DNA of 28,476 nt from an uncultured Oscillospiraceae bacterium (GTDB taxonomy: Bacteria > Bacillota > Clostridia > UBA1381): positions 1 to 28,476 of the forward strand of contig CAMNAT010000001.1 in the NCBI GenBank assembly GCA_946531785.1, given 5' to 3'. This document shows, piece after piece, positions 1 through 8,692 of the stretch. The translations under genes and the position numbers were made by a program. How positions within the stretch are numbered: position 1 is the first letter of the stretch; each line of letters opens with the position of its first letter. The notes beneath the pieces are model-generated. The model did not search any database. It was not told the DNA's origin and saw nothing but the letters and a program-made list of their open reading frames with translations.

Positions 1-446
1 ATACGGTATTTTTACCCATGCAGCTCAGCCGCGACGAGCAGATATCACGCAGCATCATGGCAAAAATGAGCTCGCCATCGGCTTTGGTCGATATACGCCT
101 GAATGTCGGCGAGATAACCGCCGCGGTATCTGCGCTCGATCTGTGCATAGGGATGCGGCTTCATTCGCTCATCTACGCGACAAGCGCGGGAGTGCCGCTT
201 ATAGGCATTGAATACGATCCGAAGATAAGGAGCTTCATGGACTATGCCGGACAGCCTATGTGTCTCGGCGTGAAGGGGCTTGATCCCGAACAGGGCAAGC
301 GCCTTATAGATGAATGCTTTGAAAACTATGACGAGATAAAGGCGCAGCTATGTGAATGCGCGCGCGTTCTCGGCGAGAAGTCGCACGAGAATGCAAGGAT
401 AGCAATAGAACTTTACGAAAAAGAGATTGGAAGTGCAAAGGCTTGA
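1..446 (+). CDS. csaB: Polysaccharide pyruvyl transferase CsaB, C-terminal part (5' truncated by the window edge)
   Basis: The frame is open from the window start (T-V-F-L-P-M-Q...). It carries the pyruvyl-transferase motif DLCIGMRLHSLIYA...GVPLIGIEYDPKI and sits upstream of murJ/ligase/GT genes. Stop TGA at 444-446. Confidence 0.8.
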   Translation, partial: TVFLPMQLSRDEQISRSIMAKMSSPSALVDIRLNVGEITAAVSALDLCIGMRLHSLIYATSAGVPLIGIEYDPKIRSFMDYAGQPMCLGVKGLDPEQGKRLIDECFENYDEIKAQLCECARVLGEKSHENARIAIELYEKEIGSAKA

Positions 447-2020
447 GAAAAACAGATACAGGTAAGGGCATGCTCTTTACCGCGGGATTCATGGCGTTTG
501 CGACCTTCACAGCCAAGGCGCTCGGTCAGGTCAGGGACTCGCTCATGGCGGCGTATTTCGGGACAGGCATCGAGGCGGACGCATTCATGCTCGCCTCTAA
601 GATCCCGACAACGCTATTTGATGTCGTTATCGGCGGAGTCATATCCGCGTCATTCATCCCGATCTTCAACAGCATACTTCAAAAGGAGGATAAAAAAACA
701 GCCGCCGAGTTCGCAAACAAATTCATAACACTGATACTGCTCGCGACTGTGCTTATAGCACTGTTCGGCATCATCTTTGCCGGACAGCTTGTGCGGTTCA
801 TGGGGCCGGACGCGGCTCCGGAGACAAGCGCTTTGGCGATACAGCTCACGGCGATAATGTTCCCGATGATAATATTTACGGGTATTGCGTTCTCATTCGT
901 CGGGATACTGCAAAGCTACGGCGAATACAACATACCGTCAATAATCAGCCTTGTTTCCAACATCGCTATAATAGTATATTATATCCTGTTCGGAAAGAAG
1001 TTCGGAGTTATCGGACTTGCAGTAACTATGATAATCGCGTGGTCGCTGCAGGTGATCATACAGATACCGTCGCTCATAAAGCTGAAATTCCGCTACAGAC
1101 CGAATTTCAATTTTAAAGACAGGCACCTCAAAAACGCGATACTCCTTGCAATACCGATGCTTGTTAGCACATGGGTGCAGCCGCTTTATACTCTTATAAA
1201 CGCGCGGTTCGCATCCGGCATGGAGGGCGCGTATTCCTCGCTCGAATACGCAAACAGGCTCTATCTTATAGTTACGGGCGTGTTCTCGTTCATCGTAACG
1301 AACCTTATATTCCCCAAGCTCGCAAAGGCAAATGCCGGGGATAATAAAGCGGAGGCAAAGGCGCTTGTTATGACATCGTTAAAGGCTATAATCATCGTTA
1401 TCATGCCGCTGATGATGGGGATAATAATACTGGCGAAGCCCGTAACCGCGATAATATATGAGCATGGCGCGTTGGAGACCTCCGCATCCGGTATAGTCGC
1501 AAACGCCTTGAAATGCTATGCGGTCGGAATGATCTTCCTCGCGATAAACGAGGTCGCGTCAAAGACATTTTTCTCGATGCGGCAATCACTGATACCGATG
1601 CTGAACGCTATCATAAGCATGATATTCAACATCATACTTGTAAGCGTGATATTCAGATTCATAAACGGTGATGCAATGACGCTCACCGGCGGGCTTGCGC
1701 TTGCCGCCGCAGCCGGAAGCCTTGTGAACGCAACGCTGAACACCTTAGCGCTGTTTAAGCAGCTGCCGGACATGGCGCATAAGCGCGATCTTATAACAGT
1801 CGTAAAGGTGCTTATCGCTACCGCGATCATGGCGGCAGCGGTATATGGTGTATATATGCTTATCGGCACCAGATTTGAAGGCACCTTCGGCAATATCCTT
1901 ATATGCGGCATATGCGGCATTACGGGAATAATAGTTTACGGAATATCCGTGATCCTTTTAAGAGTAGACGAAATAACGGCGCTTCTGCCGAAAAGGTTCA
2001 GGAAAGGAGAAAGCCTATGA
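443..2020 (+). CDS. murJ: MurJ/MviN-family lipid-linked glycan flippase
   Basis: Motifs LGQVRDSLMAAYFGTG..ADAF..ASKIP, SSLEYANRL and IFPKLAK, with many hydrophobic segments. The start is moved from 356 to TTG 443, which overlaps the csaB stop (TTGA); ATG 470 is an alternative. Confidence 0.88.
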   Translation: MRKTDTGKGMLFTAGFMAFATFTAKALGQVRDSLMAAYFGTGIEADAFMLASKIPTTLFDVVIGGVISASFIPIFNSILQKEDKKTAAEFANKFITLILLATVLIALFGIIFAGQLVRFMGPDAAPETSALAIQLTAIMFPMIIFTGIAFSFVGILQSYGEYNIPSIISLVSNIAIIVYYILFGKKFGVIGLAVTMIIAWSLQVIIQIPSLIKLKFRYRPNFNFKDRHLKNAILLAIPMLVSTWVQPLYTLINARFASGMEGAYSSLEYANRLYLIVTGVFSFIVTNLIFPKLAKANAGDNKAEAKALVMTSLKAIIIVIMPLMMGIIILAKPVTAIIYEHGALETSASGIVANALKCYAVGMIFLAINEVASKTFFSMRQSLIPMLNAIISMIFNIILVSVIFRFINGDAMTLTGGLALAAAAGSLVNATLNTLALFKQLPDMAHKRDLITVVKVLIATAIMAAAVYGVYMLIGTRFEGTFGNILICGICGITGIIVYGISVILLRVDEITALLPKRFRKGESL

Positions 2021-3897
2021 ACAGTATGATAATAACCGCCGTCACCGGCTTCTGCCGCGGCTTATGGGCAAGGCTCATGGACAGCAGGCTTTGGGCGGTC
2101 ATAACGGCAATATACCTTGCATGCAGCCGTTCATGGCATAACAGCCGCATAATGCGGTTTTTAAAGGGCGGCAATGATACAGTTGAGGGGTCGCGATTTG
2201 CGCGGCGGCTCTTCGCGCCGTTTGATCTGCTTTCACTCATTGCCAAAAAGACAAATAAAAAGCTCTCAAGGGCGGTGGAGCAGAGCGTTATCTGCGAGCT
2301 GGGCAGGCTCTATGTGCACAACTTCATGGCGCTCAACACGCGCTTCTGGGGCACCATGCTGCTGGTGGGTACGGTAACCTTCAACACCCTCCACTTTATG
2401 CGCGGCATGGGATTGAATAAATATGTGCTCTGTCTTTCGGGATTATCGGCGATCATGCTCATATTCAACTACAATGTGACAGGGTTCTTTACCGGCTCCA
2501 AGGCGGCTGATCTTGTAAAGTCATGCGCGGGAGTGAAGGATATCACATTTGACTTCTTTGATGAGATGAGAACTGCCGGACGCGCAAGATTCGTCTCCGC
2601 GGTCGTTATAGGTCTTATAACCGGCGCGGTCATGATTATAAAGCCGCTCTACGGCGTGATGGTACCATTCGCGGCATTCGGAATGCTTCTGGTTCTCGAA
2701 TACCCGATAACGGGCGTATATGCCGCGGTATTTATAGCGCCGCTAATCCCGTTTTCATCAATGCCGCTTGCGGGCATCTGCATCTGGACATTGATAGCGG
2801 TGGTGATAAAGTCACTCACAGACAAGGACTTCACATGGAAAAAGGAAGGCACGGGCGCAGCACTCATAGCATTTCTGCTTGTTCTGCTCGTTTCGTGTAT
2901 ATTCTCATTCTCACAGAAGTCGAGCATGATAGTATGGATGATGTATCTCGTTTTCATATCCTTCTACTTTGCGGTGATAAACACAATAAAAACACGCGCG
3001 CAGCTTTTCGGACTGCTGAGATTGTTCGTGATCTCCGGTACTCTGGTAGCTCTCTACGGAGTTATGCAGTATGTTTTCGGCTGGACGACAACTAACGCCT
3101 GGATAGATGAGGAAATGTTTGAGGAGGACACGATGCGAGTATTCTCAACGCTTGCAAACCCGAATGTTCTGGGTGAATACCTCCTGCTCGTTCTTCCGGT
3201 CGCAGCTGTGTTCTTCTTAAAGGACAGCGTAAGGTCGCTTTCAAAGTGGGTGTATCTGGGCATCACGGGAATAATATTCGTTTGCCTTATCCTCACCCAG
3301 TCGCGCGGCTGCTGGCTCGGCTTCATGGTATCGGTGGCGATATTCGTCACCTTCTATGAGGGACGCTGGTGGGCGCTCATCCCGCTTGCGCTGTGCATTA
3401 TACCGTTCGTGATACCGCAGACTATAGTCGAAAGATTTTCCAGCGTCGGCAACATGGACGACTCCTCCACCTCATACAGAGTATATATCTGGATGGGGGC
3501 TATCGGGATGCTGCGGCATTATATCGCCGGAGGCATAGGCATGGGCGAGGGCGCGTTCGGAGAGGTATATCCGTTCTTCTCATATAACGCGATCATCGCG
3601 CCGCATTCGCATAACACCTTCCTCCAGCTTCTGGTCGAGGGCGGGATACCCGCGCTTGCGACCTTCATAGCGGTCATGGTAGTGACATTCAGATCAGCGC
3701 AGAAAACGATAAAGGCAGAGCCGGACAAAAAGGCGCCGGCACCCGCGATGGTGCTCGGCATATGCGCCGGACTTTGCGGCTTCCTGTTCCAGAGCCTGTT
3801 TGACTACACATTCTATAACTACAGAGTAATGGCGGTGTTCTTTATGCTTATCGCTATAGTTATAAGCTTCCGCTATATAACAAGGGAGGCTGAGTGA
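2017..3897 (+). CDS. O-antigen ligase/Wzy-like polymerase family membrane protein with a long N-terminal membrane extension
   Basis: Motifs RVFSTLANPNVLG, LTQSRGCWLG, SYRVYIW and PHSHNTFLQLLVEGG. ATG 2017 overlaps the murJ stop (ATGA) and has AGGAGA upstream, so the ORF-track start at 1903 is not used. Confidence 0.85.
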   Translation: MNSMIITAVTGFCRGLWARLMDSRLWAVITAIYLACSRSWHNSRIMRFLKGGNDTVEGSRFARRLFAPFDLLSLIAKKTNKKLSRAVEQSVICELGRLYVHNFMALNTRFWGTMLLVGTVTFNTLHFMRGMGLNKYVLCLSGLSAIMLIFNYNVTGFFTGSKAADLVKSCAGVKDITFDFFDEMRTAGRARFVSAVVIGLITGAVMIIKPLYGVMVPFAAFGMLLVLEYPITGVYAAVFIAPLIPFSSMPLAGICIWTLIAVVIKSLTDKDFTWKKEGTGAALIAFLLVLLVSCIFSFSQKSSMIVWMMYLVFISFYFAVINTIKTRAQLFGLLRLFVISGTLVALYGVMQYVFGWTTTNAWIDEEMFEEDTMRVFSTLANPNVLGEYLLLVLPVAAVFFLKDSVRSLSKWVYLGITGIIFVCLILTQSRGCWLGFMVSVAIFVTFYEGRWWALIPLALCIIPFVIPQTIVERFSSVGNMDDSSTSYRVYIWMGAIGMLRHYIAGGIGMGEGAFGEVYPFFSYNAIIAPHSHNTFLQLLVEGGIPALATFIAVMVVTFRSAQKTIKAEPDKKAPAPAMVLGICAGLCGFLFQSLFDYTFYNYRVMAVFFMLIAIVISFRYITREAE

Positions 3898-5021
3898 TGG
3901 AAAAGCGGAAAATAATCGAGGTGTCCTCCGACACCAACATAGGCGGCGCGGGAAAATGCCTGATAGCGCTGCTTAAAAACTTTGACTACGGCAAGTACGA
4001 GATAAAGGTTATTCTCCCGCCGGACAGCCTGTTAAAGCCGGAGATAACCGCACTCGGCATCGAGGTCATAGAGGTCGACGGGATAGCCGAAAAGTCGCTG
4101 AGTCTCGGCTCGATACGCGCGCTGCGTGATGTATTTAAGAAAGAAAAGACCGGGCTTGTCCACACGCACGGCAGCATGTCCGCGCGTATCGCGGCAAGGC
4201 AGGCGGGCGCAAAGGTCGTATATACCCGACACAGTGTTTTCCCACAGCCGAAAAAGCTGACAACTCAACCCGGAAAGGCTGTAAACGGATTCATCAATAA
4301 CCACTATGCAGACGGCATAATCGCCGTTGCGGAGGCGGCAAAGGATAATCTGACAGAAACAGGCGTTGATCCGAAGCTCATACGCGTTATCTTAAACGGC
4401 GTAAAGGGGCTCTCCCCTGCCGATGCGGATGAAAGGCAGCAAAACAGGCTCAGGTTCGGTATCACAAGCGATGATGACAAGGTGATCTCAATAGTCGCAA
4501 GGCTTGAGGACATAAAGGGTCATGAATACTTTATTGATGCCGCTGATATCCTTCTTAAAAACGGAATAAAGGCAAAATTCCTTATCGCAGGCACAGGCTC
4601 ATATGAGCCGAAGCTCAGAGAAAAGGCAAAGAATATGGGACTTGACGGCAAGGTGATATTTACCGGTTTCATAAAGGATATTGAAAATCTGATGAAGATA
4701 ACCGATATCCAGGTGAACGCCTCCTACGGCACCGAGGCGACGAGCCTTGCGCTGCTAGAGGGCATGAGCATCGGCATACCGGCTGTCGTTTCCGACTTCG
4801 GCGGCAATCCCGGAGTTATAAAAAACGGCGAGAACGGCTTTGTTGTTCCTAAGCAGAACGCCGAAGCGCTTGCGACAGGCATAAACAGGCTGCTCACCGA
4901 TGAAAAGCTATACAGAAAGATGTCCGAAAAAGCTATTGATATCTTTAATACCACATTTACCGCCGAGGCAATGACACGCAGCACCGAGGCGCTCTATGAT
5001 GAACTGTTAGAAAGGGGTTAA
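3897..5021 (+). CDS. Glycosyltransferase family 4 (GT-B fold)
   Basis: N-terminal IGGAG, VHTH, VARLEDIKGH and the EX7E-like motif EATSLALLEGMSIGIPAVVSDFGG. ATG 3897 overlaps the upstream stop (TGATG) with GGAGG upstream; GTG 3894 is an alternative. Confidence 0.9.
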   Translation: MEKRKIIEVSSDTNIGGAGKCLIALLKNFDYGKYEIKVILPPDSLLKPEITALGIEVIEVDGIAEKSLSLGSIRALRDVFKKEKTGLVHTHGSMSARIAARQAGAKVVYTRHSVFPQPKKLTTQPGKAVNGFINNHYADGIIAVAEAAKDNLTETGVDPKLIRVILNGVKGLSPADADERQQNRLRFGITSDDDKVISIVARLEDIKGHEYFIDAADILLKNGIKAKFLIAGTGSYEPKLREKAKNMGLDGKVIFTGFIKDIENLMKITDIQVNASYGTEATSLALLEGMSIGIPAVVSDFGGNPGVIKNGENGFVVPKQNAEALATGINRLLTDEKLYRKMSEKAIDIFNTTFTAEAMTRSTEALYDELLERG

Positions 5022-5031
5022 GAAAACAGAT

Positions 5032-5520
5032 ATGGCAGAGAATAAAAAGAAATGGACCGTTGTTGATACCATTATAGTTATCGCAGTTATCGCGGCAGGC
5101 TTTGCCGGATTTAAAATGTTCGGCGGCAGGGTAACACACGGCGACAAGACAAAGATCGAGACACAGATACTTATAGCAAACCAGCCGCAGGAGCTTGGCG
5201 AGGCGATAAAGGACTGTATCGGCGAGGATGTTACGCTGAGCCTTACCGAGAAGGACTCCGGCGTTTTAAAGGATGCAAGGGTCGTTCCGGCTGAGGTCAT
5301 CGTGTACGATTCGATAAACGGCGCATATAAGGTGCAGCACTCAGAGTCAAATGTCGATATATACGCGACTGTCGATATCGATGTTGAAGAAAATGACTAC
5401 GCCTTTCTTGCTGGGACCACTCCGGTCAAGGTAGGCAGCCCCATCCCGTTCAGAGGCAAGGGCTATGCCACAGAGGGCAATGTTATAACTATAACCAAGG
5501 AGGGCGGCAAAAATGAATAA
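5032..5520 (+). CDS. DUF4330-family membrane-anchored protein (copy 1)
   Basis: N-terminal KWTVVDTIIVIAVIAAG single TM segment and C-terminal VKVGSPIPF...G.VI.I pattern; paralogous to the next gene. Confidence 0.7.
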   Translation: MAENKKKWTVVDTIIVIAVIAAGFAGFKMFGGRVTHGDKTKIETQILIANQPQELGEAIKDCIGEDVTLSLTEKDSGVLKDARVVPAEVIVYDSINGAYKVQHSESNVDIYATVDIDVEENDYAFLAGTTPVKVGSPIPFRGKGYATEGNVITITKEGGKNE

Positions 5521-6007
5521 AAACGGAAATATAAAGGGAAAATTCAATATAATAGATATTCTCGTTATTGTTCTTATTATTGCGGTAATAGCGGGTATCG
5601 CGCTTCGCTACGGCAGTAAGATAACGGCCGCAGTAAAATCCGATGAGGAGTTCTCCTATGTTGTAAGAGTGCAGTCAGTACGCGAATACACGATAGACGC
5701 TTTGAAGGAAACCATGAAGACAGCGAGTAAGCTGTCTGACAAAAAGGGCACAGTTGATCTCGGCAAGATCGTAAACATTGATGTAAAGCCGGCAACTGTG
5801 ATCTCGGAAAAGGCTGACGGAACGATCGTAGAGGCGCCGCAGGACGGCAGATACACAGCATATGTCACGATAGAGACACGCGGCAAGGAGTCCGACAACA
5901 GCTATATAACAGCAGACTCGAACGAGCTGTCGGTAGGCCGCTCCACCGAGATATTCTCAAAATATGTACACACCTCAGGTCTCATAATGGAGGTCAACAA
6001 GAAATAA
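5513..6007 (+). CDS. DUF4330-family membrane-anchored protein (copy 2)
   Basis: Characteristic N-terminus GKFNIIDILVIVLIIAVIAG and C-terminal LSVG...G.IMEV. GGAGG RBS; overlaps the previous gene by 8 nt. Confidence 0.8.
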   Translation: MNKNGNIKGKFNIIDILVIVLIIAVIAGIALRYGSKITAAVKSDEEFSYVVRVQSVREYTIDALKETMKTASKLSDKKGTVDLGKIVNIDVKPATVISEKADGTIVEAPQDGRYTAYVTIETRGKESDNSYITADSNELSVGRSTEIFSKYVHTSGLIMEVNKK

Positions 6008-6013
6008 GGTCAA

Positions 6014-6050
6014 GGGGCTGTAAACAAGTTTTACAGCCCCCTTTTTTTTT
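6014..6050 (+). terminator. Intrinsic terminator of the csaB operon
   Basis: Stem GGGGCTGTAAA (6014-6024) / TTTACAGCCCC (6030-6040), followed by C and T9. Confidence 0.9.
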
Positions 6051-6052
6051 GC

Positions 6053-6256
6053 AAAAAAAGACCCCGGGATAACCGTGGTCAGAAGTCAGAATTCTACCTG
6101 CAATTGCAGGTGGGTCGCTTCCCGTCAGCTTTACAAGTCCACTGGCAGTCACAAAAGTGAAAGGAGGCATGTGCGCCGCAAACGGAGTCAGCATCCCGTA
6201 TAAGATGTGTTGGTAAAATAAATGACTTCCCCACGCGAAATCCCAGGGTTGTTTGT
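6053..6256 (-). ncRNA. ssrS: 6S RNA (probable)
   Basis: About 200 nt on the minus strand fold into a long rod: ACCCTGGGAT pairs with ATCCCGGGGT, CGTGG with CCACG, GAAGTCA with TGACTTC. There is a large central bubble whose 3' side holds the hairpin CCTGCAATTGCAGG. The closing stem is followed by T7, and a dedicated sigma-A promoter lies upstream. Ends are approximate; an Rfam RF00013 scan would confirm. Confidence 0.8.
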
Positions 6257-6262
6257 AATATT

Positions 6263-6291
6263 AGTATAGCATAAGTCCTTGAAAAATACAA
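6263..6291 (-). promoter_or_regulatory. Sigma-A promoter of the 6S RNA
   Basis: Minus strand TTGTAT-17 nt-TATACT with an extended -10 (TGn). Confidence 0.75.
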
Positions 6292-6337
6292 GTGTTATTT
6301 ACTAACAATTTAATTACAGGACTATTACGCAGATATT

Positions 6338-6604
6338 TTATTCTGCCGCTTCCTCATCGCGCTTTAAAAACTCGTCAAACGCACGCTGCAGAAGCGCTTC
6401 ATCCTCGACCATGACGAGCTCAGCATCATCACTTTCAAGATCGCCCTCTACCATCATGATAAGAACATCATCGTTTTCCTCTTCCTCGGGCAGGCACTCA
6501 ACAAGTGCAAAGAAGGTATGTCCTTCAAACTCATATACATCTATGACCGCAAACTCTACCTCTACGCCGTCCTGATCCTCTAAAATAATTATATTGTTTT
6601 CCAT
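6338..6604 (-). CDS. DUF1292 (YrzB-like) small acidic protein
   Basis: IILEDQDGVEVEFAVIDVYEFEG..FFALV pattern, very acidic, and directly downstream of ruvX/yqgF as is usual in Firmicutes. Confidence 0.85.
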   Translation of the reverse strand: MENNIIILEDQDGVEVEFAVIDVYEFEGHTFFALVECLPEEEENDDVLIMMVEGDLESDDAELVMVEDEALLQRAFDEFLKRDEEAAE

Positions 6605-6665
6605 AATTGATTCCTTCCCATAAAAACTATTCTATAATATATTCTAATATATTTTTCCCATCTTG

Positions 6666-7079
6666 TCAACTCTTATTTTTTGATAACCAGCTTTCAAGGA
6701 TAAGACAAGCCGAGACCGTATCGATAACTCCCTTCCTTTTTTTACCGCGGGTGTTTGTCGTATTCAGAAATCTGGACGCGCCCATTGTTGTGAGCCGCTC
6801 ATCCATATATTCTATTTTCCCATCATATACGGTCTTTAATCTGTCGGCAAATTTATAGGTCGTCTCAGCGCGGAAGCCCTCCGTCCCGTCCATGTTTTTC
6901 GGCAGCCCGATAACGATGACCTCCGGTGTATATTCCTCGATAAGCTTTGAAAGAGCGGAAACCAGACCGTTAAGTCCGGTGTTCTTTACAGTACCCACGC
7001 CCTGTGCCGTAAGTCCAAGAAGATCTGATACCGCGACGCCCACTCTTGCATCGCCGTAATCTATTCCCATAACACGCAT
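6666..7079 (-). CDS. ruvX: YqgF/RuvX RNase H-like nuclease (pre-16S rRNA maturation / putative Holliday junction resolvase)
   Basis: Motifs MGIDYGDARVGVAVSD, GLPKNMDG, DERLTT and IDTVSACLIL. The start is set at ATG 7079; the ORF-track extension to 7142 runs through promoter DNA. Confidence 0.92.
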   Translation of the reverse strand: MRVMGIDYGDARVGVAVSDLLGLTAQGVGTVKNTGLNGLVSALSKLIEEYTPEVIVIGLPKNMDGTEGFRAETTYKFADRLKTVYDGKIEYMDERLTTMGASRFLNTTNTRGKKRKGVIDTVSACLILESWLSKNKS

Positions 7080-7113
7080 AAATAATATTATCCCTTTCTC
7101 GTATAATATTATT

Positions 7114-7142
7114 ATAATATCACAAAAAATCATTTTTTTCAA
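7114..7142 (-). promoter_or_regulatory. Sigma-A promoter for ruvX-DUF1292
   Basis: Minus strand TTGAAA-17 nt-TATTAT with TGn upstream of the -10. Confidence 0.6.
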
Positions 7143-7162
7143 TACAAATCAGTCCGTTATTC

Positions 7163-7190
7163 TTGACATTATTTTATTTTAGTTTATAAT
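7163..7190 (+). promoter_or_regulatory. Consensus sigma-A promoter for the DAG-kinase operon (divergent from the ruvX promoter)
   Basis: TTGACA (7163-7168)-16 nt-TATAAT (7185-7190); AGGAGG RBS before ATG 7230. Confidence 0.8.
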
Positions 7191-7229
7191 ATAATAGATA
7201 GTATTTAAGCTGATACAGGAGGATAGCTG

Positions 7230-8141
7230 ATGGAAACAAAGAAAATGCTGTTTATTTATAATCCCGAGGCAGGAAAAGGCAGGATAAAGGCAGCTTTATT
7301 TGAAATAATCGATATATTTACCAAGGGCGGCTATCTGACAAGCGCTTATCCCACTCAGGACAGAGGCGATTGCACAAGGATGATCAATGAATTTGCTTCA
7401 ACCTATGATCTGGTAGTCGTTTCCGGCGGAGACGGTACCCTGAGCGAGGCCGTAACGGGAATGCTTTCACTCCCCCGCGATCAGCGCGTGCCTCTCGGAT
7501 ATATCCCATCGGGAACGGTAAATGATTTTGCATCAGGCAACTCGATCCCCAAATCAATGACAGAGGCCGCGCATGCTATTGTTCACGGCAAGCTGATAAA
7601 CTACGATATAGGCGAGCTTAACGGAAACAATTTTGTATATGTTGCCGGCTTCGGAGCGTTCACGGATGTATCATATGACACTCCGCAGTTTACAAAGAAT
7701 ATATTCGGAAACGCGGCATATCTGTTTGAGGGACTGAAAAGACTTCCCACTATCGAGAGCATTTCAGTTAACATAAAGACAGATGACGGCACAGAGCTGC
7801 ACGAGGATGTATATGTCTGTCTCATTATGAATTCGATAAGCGTTGCCGGGTTGGAATTCGGAGATTTTTATGATATAAATACAAGCGACGGTCTTTTTGA
7901 GATCGCCCTTATACCGAAAACAGACAATCTGCTCGAGCTTGCAGCGATCGTGGGTAATATTCTGAACGGCGAGCTTAAGCATGAGGGCATTAAGCTGATA
8001 TCGGCATCGTCTGCGGAAATAACGACCGAAAAGCCCGTCCGCTGGACGCTTGACGGCGACTTTGGCGGCGAAGCAGATCATGTAACATTTAAGGTCGATC
8101 ATAATGCTATCAACTTTATTATGCAAAACGGAGGCAACTAA
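7230..8141 (+). CDS. Soluble diacylglycerol/lipid kinase family protein (YegS/BmrU/DgkB-like)
   Basis: Motifs YNPEAGKG, VVSGGDGTLSE, GYIPSGTVNDFA, AGFG and WTLDGD. Confidence 0.9.
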   Translation: METKKMLFIYNPEAGKGRIKAALFEIIDIFTKGGYLTSAYPTQDRGDCTRMINEFASTYDLVVVSGGDGTLSEAVTGMLSLPRDQRVPLGYIPSGTVNDFASGNSIPKSMTEAAHAIVHGKLINYDIGELNGNNFVYVAGFGAFTDVSYDTPQFTKNIFGNAAYLFEGLKRLPTIESISVNIKTDDGTELHEDVYVCLIMNSISVAGLEFGDFYDINTSDGLFEIALIPKTDNLLELAAIVGNILNGELKHEGIKLISASSAEITTEKPVRWTLDGDFGGEADHVTFKVDHNAINFIMQNGGN

Positions 8142-8657
8142 ATGGATCAGATAACACACGCATTGGTCGATTCCCTTGCGGCTCATAATATTTCGCCGCA
8201 TATCATCACATTTCTGGTATCAATGATCCCGCTTCTGGAGCTAAGAGGAGGAATTCTTATCGCAGGCACCGTACTAAAGCAGCCGTTCATACTGACATAT
8301 ATCACAGCTGTTCTCGGCAATATGCTGCCTATCCCGTTCATCCTGCTCTTCATAGAAAAGATATTCCAGTGGATGAAAAAGATAAAGTATATAGAGAAAT
8401 TTCCGCACTGGTGTGAGGCGAAGGCGTTGAAGCATTCAGACCAGATAAAAAAATACGGCTACTTCGGACTTTACCTCTTTGTTGCCATCCCCTTGCCCGG
8501 AACGGGTGCGTGGACCGGCAGTCTGCTTGCGGTCCTGTTGGGATTAAAGCGCGGAAAGAGCCTGCTGTGTATCTTTTTAGGCGTGCTGACGGCGGGACTT
8601 ATCATGTCACTTGTAAGCTACGGCGCATTGAATTTTATCCTGGATATGTTTAAGTGA
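8142..8657 (+). CDS. Small multi-drug export family membrane protein (COG2426/PF06695)
   Basis: Motifs SMIPLLELRGGI, GNMLPIPF and FVAIPLPGTGAWTGSL. ATG follows the kinase stop directly, with GGAGG inside the upstream gene. Confidence 0.85.
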   Translation: MDQITHALVDSLAAHNISPHIITFLVSMIPLLELRGGILIAGTVLKQPFILTYITAVLGNMLPIPFILLFIEKIFQWMKKIKYIEKFPHWCEAKALKHSDQIKKYGYFGLYLFVAIPLPGTGAWTGSLLAVLLGLKRGKSLLCIFLGVLTAGLIMSLVSYGALNFILDMFK

Positions 8658-8692
8658 CGGATACATATATAAATAACGATAAGAGGAATAAT

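Noticed and set aside
356-442. ORF-track N-terminal extensions (356, 1903, 7142, 12533, 18550, 23086, 24093)
   Set aside because: Downstream starts have better RBS spacing, coupled start/stop overlaps or proper signal peptides.
6191-6200. 10-nt identity (GCATCCCGTA) between the 6S region and the terminator at 19380-19389, plus a shared CGGGATG/CATCCCG core in the 11039 hairpin
   Set aside because: Too short to exceed chance in 28 kb, and the flanks do not align, so there is no support for a repeat family or RNA-RNA targeting.
6605-6665. AT-rich short repeats (ATATATT..AGAAT twice on the minus strand) between ruvX and DUF1292
   Set aside because: Low-complexity AT sequence; an internal promoter is possible but no -35 supports it.
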